Below, piece by piece: positions 43,001 through 56,193 of a stretch of DNA of 64,000 nt (positions are counted from its first letter, which is position 1; the number at the start of each line of letters is the position of its first letter). The notes beneath the pieces are model-generated. The model did not search any database, was not told the origin of the DNA, and saw only the letters and a program-made list of their open reading frames with translations. The position numbers and the translations under genes are program-made. The stretch spans positions 15,376,001 through 15,440,000 of the forward strand of contig OZ059900.1 in the NCBI GenBank assembly GCA_964057225.1, given 5' to 3'. Source of the stretch: Auanema rhodensis. Its lineage: Eukaryota > Animalia > Nematoda.

Positions 43001-46000
43001 AAAACCTTGTTTACAGCGAAATTTCCAAAAACTGGTTTTCCAGCATAATAAAATATTTCTCATGGGTATTACTGTGTTTTTGTATTTTTCTAGTGTTCAG
43101 CATGTAAAATGCTTCATTTTAGTATGTAACACGCTGAAATTCGTTGCATTTGACGACTCATATGAACAAAAATCGATTTAATCAATATTAGCCATAAGGG
43201 GCGTGCCCTCAGAATATGCTAATTTCCTTAATTTTCTAACCCCTGTTTTTTTGTCGTGAAAGTGGAACTAGACGTTGTACGAACAATTTTGAGCTAGGTT
43301 TCATTGACATTGCATGAGTTTGAACACATGAAATCGTAAGTCAAAACCTTGTTTACAGCGAAATTTCCAAAAACTGGTTTTCCAGCATAATAAAATATTT
43401 CTCATGGGAAATACTGTGTTTTTGTATTTTTCTAGTGTTCAGCATGTAAAATGCTTCATTTTAGTATGTAACACGCTGAAATTTGTTGCATTTGACGACT
43501 CATATGAACAAAAATCGATTTAATCAATATTAGCCATAAGGGGCGTGCCCTCAGAATATGCTAATTTCCTTAATTTTCTAACCCCTGTTTTTTTGTCGTG
43601 AAAGTGGAACCAGACGTTGTATTAACAATTTTGAGCTAGGTTTCATTGACATTGCATGAGTTTGAACACATGAAATCGTAAGTCAAAACCTTGTTTACAG
43701 CGAAATTTCCAAAAACTGGTTTTCCAGCATAATAAAATATTTCTCATGGGAAATACTGTGTTTTTGTATTTTTCTAGTGTTCAGCATGTAAAATGCTTCA
43801 TTTTAGTATGTAACACGCTGAAATTCGTTGCATTTGACGACTCATATGAACAAAAATCGATTTAATCAATATTAGCCATAAAGGGCGTGCCCTCAGAATA
43901 TGCTAATTTCCTTAATTTTCTAACCCCTGTTTTTTTGTCGTGAAAGTGGAACTAGACATTGTATTAACAATTTTGAGCTAGGTTTCATTGACATTGCATG
44001 AGTTTGAACACATGAAATCGTAAGTCAAAACCTTGTTTACAGCGAAATTTCCAAAAACTGGTTTTCCAGCATAATAAAATATTTCTCATGGGTATTACTG
44101 TGTTTTTGTATTTTTCTAGTGTTCAGCATGTAAAATGCTTCATTTTAGTATGTAACACGCTGAAATTCGTTGCATTTGACGACTCATATGAACAAAAATC
44201 GATTTAATCAATATTAGCCATAAAGGGCGTGCCCTCAGAATATGCTAATTTCCTTAATTTTCTAACCCCTGTTTTTTTGTCGTGAAAGTGGAACTAGACA
44301 TTGTATTAACAATTTTGAGCTAGGTTTCATTGACATTGCATGACTTTGAACACATGAAATCGTAAGTCAAAACCTTGTTTACAGCGAAATTTCCAAAAAC
44401 TGGTTTTCCAGCATAATAAAATATTTCTCATGGGAAATACTGTGTTTTTGTATTTTTCTAGTGTTCAGCATGTAAAATGCTTCATTTTAGTATGTAACAC
44501 GCTGAAATTCGTTGCATTTGACGACTCATATGAACAAAAATCGATTTAATCAATATTAGCCATAAAGGGCGTGCCCTCAGAATATGCTAATTTCCTTAAT
44601 TTTCTAACCCCTGTTTTTTTGTCGTGAAAGTGGAACTAGACGTTGTAGGAACAATTTTGAGCTAGGTTTCATTGACATTGCATGAGTTTGAACACATGAA
44701 ATCGTAAGTCAAAACCTTGTTTACAGCGAAATTTCCAAAAACTGGTTTTCCAGCATAATAAAATATTTCTCATGGGAAATACTGTGTTTTTGTATTTTTC
44801 TAGTGTTCAGCATGTAAAATGCTTCATTTTAGTATGTAACACGCTGAAATTCGTTGCATTTGACGACTCATATGAACAAAAATCGATTTAATCAATATTA
44901 GCCATAAAGGGCGTGCCCTCAGAATATGCTAATTTCCTTAATTTTCTAACCCCTGTTTTTTTGTCGTGAAAGTGGAACTAGACGTTGTAGGAACAATTTT
45001 GAGCTAGGTTTCATTGACATTGCATGAGTTTGAACACATGAAATCGTAAGTCAAAACCTTGTTTACAGCGAAATTTTCAAAAACTGGTTTTCCAGCATAA
45101 TAAAATATTTCTCATGGGAAATACTGTGTTTTTGTATTTTTCTAGTGTTCAGCATGTAAAATGCTTCATTTTAGTATGTAACACGCTGAAATTCGTTGCA
45201 TTTGACGACTCATATGAACAAAAATCGATTTAATCAATATTAGCCATAAAGGGCGTGCCCTCAGAATATGCTAATTTCCTTAATTTTCTAACCCCTGTTT
45301 TTTTGTCGTGAAAGTGGAACTAGACGTTGTACGAACAATTTTGAGCTAGGTTTCATTGACATTGCATGAGTTTGAACACATGAAATCGTAAGTCAAAACC
45401 TTGTTTACAGCGAAATTTCCAAAAACTGGTTTTCCAGCATAATAAAATATTTCTCATGGGAAATACTGTGTTTTTGTATTTTTCTAGTGTTCAGCATGTA
45501 AAATGCTTCATTTTAGTATGTAACACGCTGAAATTTGTTGCATTTGACGACTCATATGAACAAAAATCGATTTAATCAATATTAGCCATAAGGCGCGTGC
45601 GCTCAGAATATGCTAATTTCCTTAATTTTCTAACCCCTGTTTTTTAGTCGTGAAAGTGGAACTAGACGTTGTACGAACAATTTTGAGCTAGGTTTCATTG
45701 ACATTGCATGAGTTTGAACACATGAAATCGTAAGTCAAAACCTTGTTTACAGCGAAATTTCCAAAAACTGGTTTTCCAGCATAATAAAATATTTCTCATG
45801 GGAAATACTGTGTTTTTGTATTTTTCTAGTGTTCAGCATGTAAAATGCTTCATTTTAGTATGTAACACGCTGAAATTCGTTGCATTTGACGACTCATATG
45901 AACAAAAATCGATTTAATCAATATTAGCCATAAAGGGCGTGCCCTCAGAATATGCTAATTTCCTTAATTTTCTAACCCCTGTTTTTTTGTCGTGAAAGTG

Positions 46001-47500
46001 GAACTAGACATTGTATTAACAATTTTGAGCTAGGTTTCATTGACATTGCATGAGTTTGAACACATGAAATCGTAAGTCAAAACCTTGTTTACAGCGAAAT
46101 TTCCAAAAACTGGTTTTCCAGCATAATAAAATATTTCTCATGGGTATTACTGTGTTTTTGTATTTTTCTAGTGTTCAGCATGTAAAATGCTTCATTTTAG
46201 TATGTAACACGCTGAAATTCGTTGCATTTGACGACTCATATGAACAAAAATCGATTTAATCAATATTAGCCATAAGGGGCGTGCCCTCAGAATATGCTAA
46301 TTTCCTTAATTTTCTAACCCCTGTTTTTTTGTCGTGAAAGTGGAACTAGACGTTGTACGAACAATTTTGAGCTAGGTTTCATTGACATTGCATGAGTTTG
46401 AACACATGAAATCGTAAGTCAAAACCTTGTTTACAGCGAAATTTCCAAAAACTGGTTTTCCAGCATAATAAAATATTTCTCATGGGTATTACTGTGTTTT
46501 TGTATTTTTCTAGTGTTCAGCATGTAAAATGCTTCATTTTAGTATGTAACACGCTGAAATTTGTTGCATTTGACGACTCATATGAACAAAAATCGATTTA
46601 ATCAATATTAGCCATAAGGGGCGTGCGCTCAGAATATGCTAATTTCCTTAATTTTCTAACCCCTGTTTTTTTGTCGTGAAAGTGGAACCAGACGTTGTAT
46701 TAACAATTTTGAGCTAGGTTTCATTGACATTGCATGAGTTTGAACACATGAAATCGTAAGTCAAAACCTTGTTTACAGCGAAATTTCCAAAAACTGGTTT
46801 TCCAGCATAATAAAATATTTCTCATGGGAAATACTGTGTTTTTGTATTTTTCTAGTGTTCAGCATGTAAAATGCTTCATTTTAGTATGTAACACGCTGAA
46901 ATTCGTTGCATTTGACGACTCATATGAACAAAAATCGATTTAATCAATATTAGCCATAAAGGGCGTGCCCTCAGAATATGCTAATTTCCTTAATTTTCTA
47001 ACCCCTGTTTTTTTGTCGTGAAAGTGGAACTAGACATTGTATTAACAATTTTGAGCTAGGTTTCATTGACATTGCATGAGTTTGAACACATGAAATCGTA
47101 AGTCAAAACCTTGTTTACAGCGAAATTTCCAAAAACTGGTTTTCCAGCATAATAAAATATTTCTCATGGGTATTACTGTGTTTTTGTATTTTTCTAGTGT
47201 TCAGCATGTAAAATGCTTCATTTTAGTATGTAACACGCTGAAATTCGTTGCATTTGACGACTCATATGAACAAAAATCGATTTAATCAATATTAGCCATA
47301 AAGGGCGTGCCCTCAGAATATGCTAATTTCCTTAATTTTCTAACCCCTGTTTTTTTGTCGTGAAAGTGGAACTAGACATTGTATTAACAATTTTGAGCTA
47401 GGTTTCATTGACATTGCATGAGTTTGAACACATGAAATCGTAAGTCAAAACCTTGTTTACAGCGAAATTTCCAAAAACTGGTTTTCCAGCATAATAAAAT
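31100..47500 (+). repeat. Tandem ~8.2-kb (24-monomer) segmental duplication within the array
   Basis: Rare markers recur at an 8208-8209 bp offset: aaaatcAatt 31888/40097, atgaCtttg 36135/44344, gtgcGctc 38419/46627. An extra T at ~38121 explains the 1-bp shift. Boundaries approximate. Confidence 0.85.
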
Positions 47501-50500
47501 ATTTCTCATGGGTATTACTGTGTTTTTGTATTTTTCTAGTGTTCAGCATGTAAAATGCTTCATTTTAGTATGTAACACGCTGAAATTCGTTGCATTTGAC
47601 GACTCATATGAACAAAAATCGATTTAATCAATATTAGCCATAAAGGGCGTGCCCTCAGAATATGCTAATTTCCTTAATTTTCTAACCCCTGTTTTTTTGT
47701 CGTGAAAGTGGAACTAGACATTGTATTAACAATTTTGAGCTAGGTTTCATTGACATTGCATGAGTTTGAACACATGAAATCGTAAGTCAAAACCTTGTTT
47801 ACAGCGAAATTTCCAAAAACTGGTTTTCCAGCATAATAAAATATTTCTCATGGGTATTACTGTGTTTTTGTATTTTTCTAGTGTTCAGCATGTAAAATGC
47901 TTCATTTTAGTATGTAACACGCTGAAATTCGTTGCATTTGACGACTCATATGAACAAAAATCGATTTAATCAATATTAGCCATAAGGGGCGTGCCCTCAG
48001 AATATGCTAATTTCCTTAATTTTCTAACCCCTGTTTTTTTGTCGTGAAAGTGGAACTAGACGTTGTACGAACAATTTTGAGCTAGGTTTCATTGACATTG
48101 CATGAGTTTGAACACATGAAATCGTAAGTCAAAACCTTGTTTACAGCGAAATTTCCAAAAACTGGTTTTCCAGCATAATAAAATATTTCTCATGGGAAAT
48201 ACTGTGTTTTTGTATTTTTCTAGTGTTCAGCATGTAAAATGCTTCATTTTAGTATGTAACACGCTGAAATTTGTTGCATTTGACGACTCATATGAACAAA
48301 AATCGATTTAATCAATATTAGCCATAAGGGGCGTGCCCTCAGAATATGCTAATTTCCTTAATTTTCTAACCCCTTTTTTTTTGTCGTGAAAGTGGAACCA
48401 GACGTTGTACGAACAATTTTGAGCTAGGTTTCATTGACATTGCATGAGTTTGAACACATGAAATCGTAAGTCAAAACCTTGTTTACAGCGAAATTTCCAA
48501 AAACTGGTTTTCCAGCATAATAAAATATTTCTCATGGGAAATACTGTGTTTTTGTATTTTTCTAGTGTTCAGCATGTGAAATGCTTCATTTTAGTATGTA
48601 ACACGCTGAAATTCGTTGCATTTGACGACTCATATGAACAAAAATCGATTTAATCAATATTAGCCATAAAGGGCGTGCCCTCAGAATGTGCTAATTTCCT
48701 TAATTTTCTAACCCCTGTTTTTTTGTCGTGAAAGTGGAACTAGACGTTGTAGGAACAATTTTGAGCTAGGTTTCATTGACATTGCATGAGTTTGAACACA
48801 TGAAATCGTAAGTCAAAACCTTGTTTACAGCGAAATTTCCAAAAACTGGTTTTCCAGCATAATAAAATATTTCTCATGGGAAATACTGTGTTTTTGTATT
48901 TTTCTAGTGTTCAGCATGTAAAATGCTTCATTTTAGTATGTAACACGCTGAAATTCGTTGCATTTGACGACTCATATGAACAAAAATCGATTTAATCAAT
49001 ATTAGCCATAAAGGGCGTGCCCTCAGAATATGCTAATTTCCTTAATTTTCTAACCCCTGTTTTTTTGTCGTGAAAGTGGAACTAGACGTTGTACGAACAA
49101 TTTTGAGCTAGGTTTCATTGACATTGCATGAGTTTGAACACATGAAATCGTAAGTCAAAACCTTGTTTACAGCGAAATTTCCAAAAACTGGTTTTCCAGC
49201 ATAATAAAATATTTCTCATGGGAAATACTGTGTTTTTGTATTTTTCTAGTGTTCAGCATGTAAAATGCTTCATTTTAGTATGTAACACGCTGAAATTCGT
49301 TGCATTTGACGACTCATATGAACAAAAATCGATTTAATCAATATTAGCCATAAAGGGCGTGCCCTCAGAATATGCTAATTTCCTTAATTTTCTAACCCCT
49401 GTTTTTTTGTCGTGAAAGTGGAACTAGACATTGTATTAACAATTTTGAGCTAGGTTTCATTGACATTGCATGAGTTTGAACACATGAAATCGTAAGTCAA
49501 AACCTTGTTTACAGCGAAATTTCCAAAAACTGGTTTTCCAGCATAATAAAATATTTCTCATGGGTATTACTGTGTTTTTGTATTTTTCTAGTGTTCAGCA
49601 TGTAAAATGCTTCATTTTAGTATGTAACACGCTGAAATTCGTTGCATTTGACGACTCATATGAACAAAAATCGATTTAATCAATATTAGCCATAAGGGGC
49701 GTGCCCTCAGAATATGCTAATTTCCTTAATTTTCTAACCCCTGTTTTTTTGTCGCGAAAGTGGAACTAGACGTTGTACGAACAATTTTGAGCTAGGTTTC
49801 ATTGACATTGCATGAGTTTGAACACATGAAATCGTAAGTCAAAACCTTGTTTACAGCGAAATTTCCAAAAACTGGTTTTCCAGCATAATAAAATATTTCT
49901 CATGGGAAATACTGTGTTTTTGTATTTTTCTAGTGTTCAGCATGTAAAATGCTTCATTTTAGTATGTAACACGCTGAAATTCGTTGCATTTGACGACTCA
50001 TATGAACAAAAATCGATTTAATCAATATTAGCCATAAAGGGCGTGCCCTCAGAATATGCTAATTTCCTTAATTTTCTAACCCCTGTTTTTTTGTCGTGAA
50101 AGTGGAACTAGACATTGTATTAACAATTTTGAGCTAGGTTTCATTGACATTGCATGACTTTGAACACATGAAATCGTAAGTCAAAACCTTGTTTACAGCG
50201 AAATTTCCAAAAACTGGTTTTCCAGCATAATAAAATATTTCTCATGGGTATTACTGTGTTTTTGTATTTTTCTAGTGTTCAGCATGTAAAATGCTACATT
50301 TTAGTATGTAACACGCTGAAATTCGTTGCATTTGACGACTCATATGAACAAAAATCGATTTAATCAATATTAGCCATAAAGGGCGTGCCCTCAGAATATG
50401 CTAATTTCCTTAATTTTCTAACCCCTGTTTTTTTGTCGTGAAAGTGGAACTAGACGTTGTAGGAACAATTTTGAGCTAGGTTTCATTGACATTGCATGAG

Positions 50501-53500
50501 TTTGAACACATGAAATCGTAAGTCAAAACCTTGTTTACAGCGAAATTTTCAAAAACTGGTTTTCCAGCATAATAAAATATTTCTCATGGGAAATACTGTG
50601 TTTTTGTATTTTTCTAGTGTTCAGCATGTAAAATGCTTCATTTTAGTATGTAACACGCTGAAATTCGTTGCATTTGACGACTCATATGAACAAAAATCGA
50701 TTTAATCAATATTAGCCATAAGGGGCGTGCCCTCAGAATATGCTAATTTCCTTAATTTTCTAACCCCTGTTTTTTTGTCGTGAAAGTGGAACTAGACGTT
50801 GTACGAACAATTTTGAGCTAGGTTTCATTGACATTGCATGAGTTTGAACACATGAAATCGTAAGTCAAAACCTTGTTTACAGCGAAATTTCCAAAAACTG
50901 GTGTTCCAGCATAATAAAATATTTCTCATGGGAAATACTGTGTTTTTGTATTTTTCTAGTGTTCAGCATGTAAAATGCTTCATTTTAGTATGTAACACGC
51001 TGAAATTCGTTGCATTTGACGACTCATATGAACAAAAATCGATTTAATCAATATTAGCCATAAGGGGCGTGCCCTCAGAATATGCTAATTTCCTTAATTT
51101 TCTAACCCCTGTTTTTTTGTCGTGAAAGTGGAACCAGACGTTGTACGAACAATTTTGAGCTAGGTTTCATTGACATTGCATGAGTTTGAACACATGAAAT
51201 CGTAAGTCAAAACCTTGTTTACAGCGAAATTTCCAAAAACTGGTTTTCCAGCATAATAAAATATTTCTCATGGGAAATACTGTGTTTTTGTATTTTTCTA
51301 GTGTTCAGCATGTGAAATGCTTCATTTTAGTATGTAACACGCTGAAATTCGTTGCATTTGACGACTCATATGAACAAAAATCGATTTAATCAATATTAGC
51401 CATAAAGGGCGTGCCCTCAGAATATGCTAATTTCCTTAATTTTCTAACCCCTGTTTTTTTGTCGTGAAAGTGGAACTAGACGTTGTAGGAACAATTTTGA
51501 GCTAGGTTTCATTGACATTGCATGAGTTTGAACACATGAAATCGTAAGTCAAAACCTTGTTTACAGCGAAATTTCCAAAAACTGGTTTTCCAGCATAATA
51601 AAATATTTCTCATGGGAAATACTGTGTTTTTGTATTTTTCTAGTGTTCAGCATGTAAAATGCTTCATTTTAGTATGTAACACGCTGAAATTCGTTGCATT
51701 TGACGACTCATATGAACAAAAATCGATTTAATCAATATTAGCCATAAGGGGCGTGCCCTCAGAATATGCTAATTTCCTTAATTTTCTAACCCCTGTTTTT
51801 TTGTCGCGAAAGTGGAACTAGACGTTGTACGAACAATTTTGAGCTAGGTTTCATTGACATTGCATGAGTTTGAACACATGAAATCGTAAGTCAAAACCTT
51901 GTTTACAGCGAAATTTCCAAAAACTGGTTTTCCAGCATAATAAAATATTTCTCATGGGAAATACTGTGTTTTTGTATTTTTCTAGTGTTCAGCATGTAAA
52001 ATGCTTCATTTTAGTATGTAACACGCTGAAATTCGTTGCATTTGACGACTCATATGAACAAAAATCGATTTAATCAATATTAGCCATAAGGGGCGTGCCC
52101 TCAGAATATGCTAATTTCCTTAATTTTCTAACCCCTGTTTTTTTGTCGTGAAAGTGGAACTAGACGTTGTAGGAACAATTTTGAGCTAGGTTTCATTGAC
52201 ATTGCATGAGTTTGAACACATGAAATCGTAAGTCAAAACCTTGTTTACAGCGAAATTTTCAAAAACTGGTTTTCCAGCATAATAAAATATTTCTCATGGG
52301 AAATACTGTGTTTTTGTATTTTTCTAGTGTTCAGCATGTAAAATGCTTCATTTTAGTATGTAACACGCTGAAATTCGTTGCATTTGACGACTCATATGAA
52401 CAAAAATCGATTTAATCAATATTAGCCATAAGGGGCGTGCCCTCAGAATATGCTAATTTCCTTAATTTTCTAACCCCTGTTTTTTTGTCGTGAAAGTGGA
52501 ACCAGACGTTGTACGAACAATTTTGAGCTAGGTTTCATTGACATTGCATGAGTTTGAACACATGAAATCGTAAGTCAAAACCTTGTTTACAGCGAAATTT
52601 CCAAAAACTGGTTTTCCAGCATAATAAAATATTTCTCATGGGAAATACTGTGTTTTTGTATTTTTCTAGTGTTCAGCATGTGAAATGCTTCATTTTAGTA
52701 TGTAACACGCTGAAATTCGTTGCATTTGACGACTCATATGAACAAAAATCGATTTAATCAATATTAGCCATAAAGGGCGTGCCCTCAGAATATGCTAATT
52801 TCCTTAATTTTCTAACCCCTGTTTTTTTGTCGTGAAAGTGGAACTAGACGTTGTAGGAACAATTTTGAGCTAGGTTTCATTGACATTGCATGAGTTTGAA
52901 CACATGAAATCGTAAGTCAAAACCTTGTTTACAGCGAAATTTCCAAAAACTGGTTTTCCAGCATAATAAAATATTTCTCATGGGAAATACTGTGTTTTTG
53001 TATTTTTCTAGTGTTCAGCATGTAAAATGCTTCATTTTAGTATGTAACACGCTGAAATTCGTTGCATTTGACGACTCATATGAACAAAAATCGATTTAAT
53101 CAATATTAGCCATAAGGGGCGTGCCCTCAGAATATGCTAATTTCCTTAATTTTCTAACCCCTGTTTTTTTGTCGCGAAAGTGGAACTAGACGTTGTACGA
53201 ACAATTTTGAGCTAGGTTTCATTGACATTGCATGAGTTTGAACACATGAAATCGTAAGTCAAAACCTTGTTTACAGCGAAATTTCCAAAAACTGGTTTTC
53301 CAGCATAATAAAATATTTCTCATGGGAAATACTGTGTTTTTGTATTTTTCTAGTGTTCAGCATGTAAAATGCTTCATTTTAGTATGTAACACGCTGAAAT
53401 TCGTTGCATTTGACGACTCATATGAACAAAAATCGATTTAATCAATATTAGCCATAAGGGGCGTGCCCTCAGAATATGCTAATTTCCTTAATTTTCTAAC

Positions 53501-56193
53501 CCCTGTTTTTTTGTCGTGAAAGTGGAACCAGACGTTGTACGAACAATTTTGAGCTAGGTTTCATTGACATTGCATGAGTTTGAACACATGAAATCGTAAG
53601 TCAAAACCTTGTTTACAGCGAAATTTCCAAAAACTGGTTTTCCAGCATAATAAAATATTTCTCATGGGAAATACTGTGTTTTTGTATTTTTCTAGTGTTC
53701 AGCATGTAAAATGCTTCATTTTAGTATGTAACACGCTGAAATTCGTTGCATTTGACGACTCATATGAACAAAAATCGATTTAATCAATATTAGCCATAAG
53801 GGGCGTGCCCTCAGAATATGCTAATTTCCTTAATTTTCTAACCCCTGTTTTTTTGTCGTGAAAGTGGAACTAGACGTTGTACGAACAATTTTGAGCTGGG
53901 TTTCATTGACATTGCATGAGTTTGAACACATGAAATCGTAAGTCAAAACCTTGTTTACAGCGAAATTTCCAAAAACTGGTTTTCCAGCATAATAAAATAT
54001 TTCTCATGAGAAATACTGTGTTTTTGTATTTTTCTAGTGTTCAGCATGTAAAATGCTTCATTTTAGTATGTAACACGCTGAAATTCGTTGCATTTGACGA
54101 CTCATATGAACAAAAATCGATTTAATCAATATTAGCCATAAGGGGCGTGCCCTCAGAATATGCTAATTTCCTTAATTTTCTAACCCCTGTTTTTTTGTCG
54201 TGAAAGTGGAACTAGACGTTGTACGAACAATTTTGAGCTAGGTTTCATTGACATTGCATGAGTTTGAACACATGAAATCGTAAGTCAAAACCTTGTTTAC
54301 AGCGAAATTTCCAAAAACTGGTTTTCCAGCATAATAAAATATTTCTCATGGGAAATACTGTGTTTTTGTATTTTTCTAGTGTTCAGCATGTAAAATGCTT
54401 CATTTTAGTATGTAACACGCTGAAATTCGTTGCATTTGACGACTCATATGAACAAAAATCGATTTAATCAATATTAGCCATAAGGGGCGTGCCCTCAGAA
54501 TATGCTAATTTCCTTAATTTTCTAATCCCTGTTTTTTTGTCGTGAAAGTGGAACTAGACATTGTATTAACAATTTTGAGCTAGGTTTCATTGACATTGCA
54601 TGAGTTTGAACACATGAAATCGTAAGTCAAAACCTTGTTTACAGCGAAATTTCCAAAAACTGGTTTTCCAGCATAATAAAATATTTCTCATGGGAAATAC
54701 TGTGTTTTTGTATTTTTCTAGTGTTCAGCATGTAAAATGCTTCATTTTAGTATGTAACACGCTGAAATTCGTTGCATTTGACGACTCATATGAACAAAAA
54801 TCGATTTAATCAATATTAGCCATAAGGGGCGTGCCCTCTGAATATGCTAATTTCCTTAATTTTCTAACCCCTGTTTTTTTGTCGTGAAAGTGGAACTAGA
54901 CGTTGTACGAACAATTTTGAGCTAGGTTTCATTGACATTGCATGAGTTTGAACACATGAAATCGTAAGTCAAAACCTTGTTAACAGCGAAATTTCCAAAA
55001 ACTGGTTTTTCAGCATAATAAAATATTTCTCATGAGAAATACTGTGTTTTTGTATTTTTCTAGTGTTCAGCATGTAAAATGCTTCATTTTAGTATGTAAC
55101 ACGCTGAAATTCGTTGCATTTGACGACTCATATGAACAAAAATCGATTTAATCAATATTAGCCATAAGGGGCGTGCCCTCAGAATATGCTAATTTCCTTA
55201 ATTTTCTAACCCCTGTTTTTTTGTCGTGAAAGTGGAACCAGACGTTGTACGAACAATTTTGAGCTAGGTTTCATTGACATTGCATGAGTTTGAACACATG
55301 AAATCGTAAGTCAAAACCTTGTTTACAGCGAAATTTCCAAAAACTGGTTTTCCAGCATAATAAAATATTTCTCATGGGAAATACTGTGTTTTTGTATTTT
55401 TCTAGTGTTCAGCATGTAAAATGCTTCATTTTAGTATGTAACACGCTGAAATTCGTTGCATTTGACGACTCATATGAACAAAAACCGATTTAATCAATAT
55501 TAGCCATAAGGGGCGTGCCCTCAGAATATGCTAATTTCCTTAATTTTCTAACCCCTGTTTTTTTGTCGTGAAAGTGGAACCAGACGTTGTACGAACAATT
55601 TTGAGCTAGGTTTCATTGACATTGCATGAGTTTGAACACATGAAATCGTAAGTCAAAACCTTGTTTACAGCGAAATTTCCAAAAACTGGTGTTCCAGCAT
55701 AATAAAATATTTCTCATGGGAAATACTGTGTTTTTGTATTTTTCTAGTGTTCAGCATGTAAAATGCTTCATTTTAGTATGTAACACGCTGAAATTCGTTG
55801 CATTTGACGACTCATATGAACAAAAATCGATTTAATCAATATTAGCCATAAGGGGCGTGCCCTCAGAATATGCTAATTTCCTTAATTTTCTAACCCCTGT
55901 TTTTTTGTCGTGAAAGTGGAACCAGACGTTGTACGAACAATTTTGAGCTAGGTTTCATTGACATTGCATGAGTTTGAACACATGAAATCGTAAGTCAAAA
56001 CCTTGTTTACAGCGAAATTTCCAAAAACTGGTTTTCCAGCATAATAAAATATTTCTCATGGGAAATACTGTGTTTTTGTATTTTTCTAGTGTTCAGCATG
56101 TGAAATGCTTCATTTTAGTATGTAACACGCTGAAATTCGTTGCATTTGACGACTCATATGAACAAAAATCGATTTAATCAATATTAGCCATAA

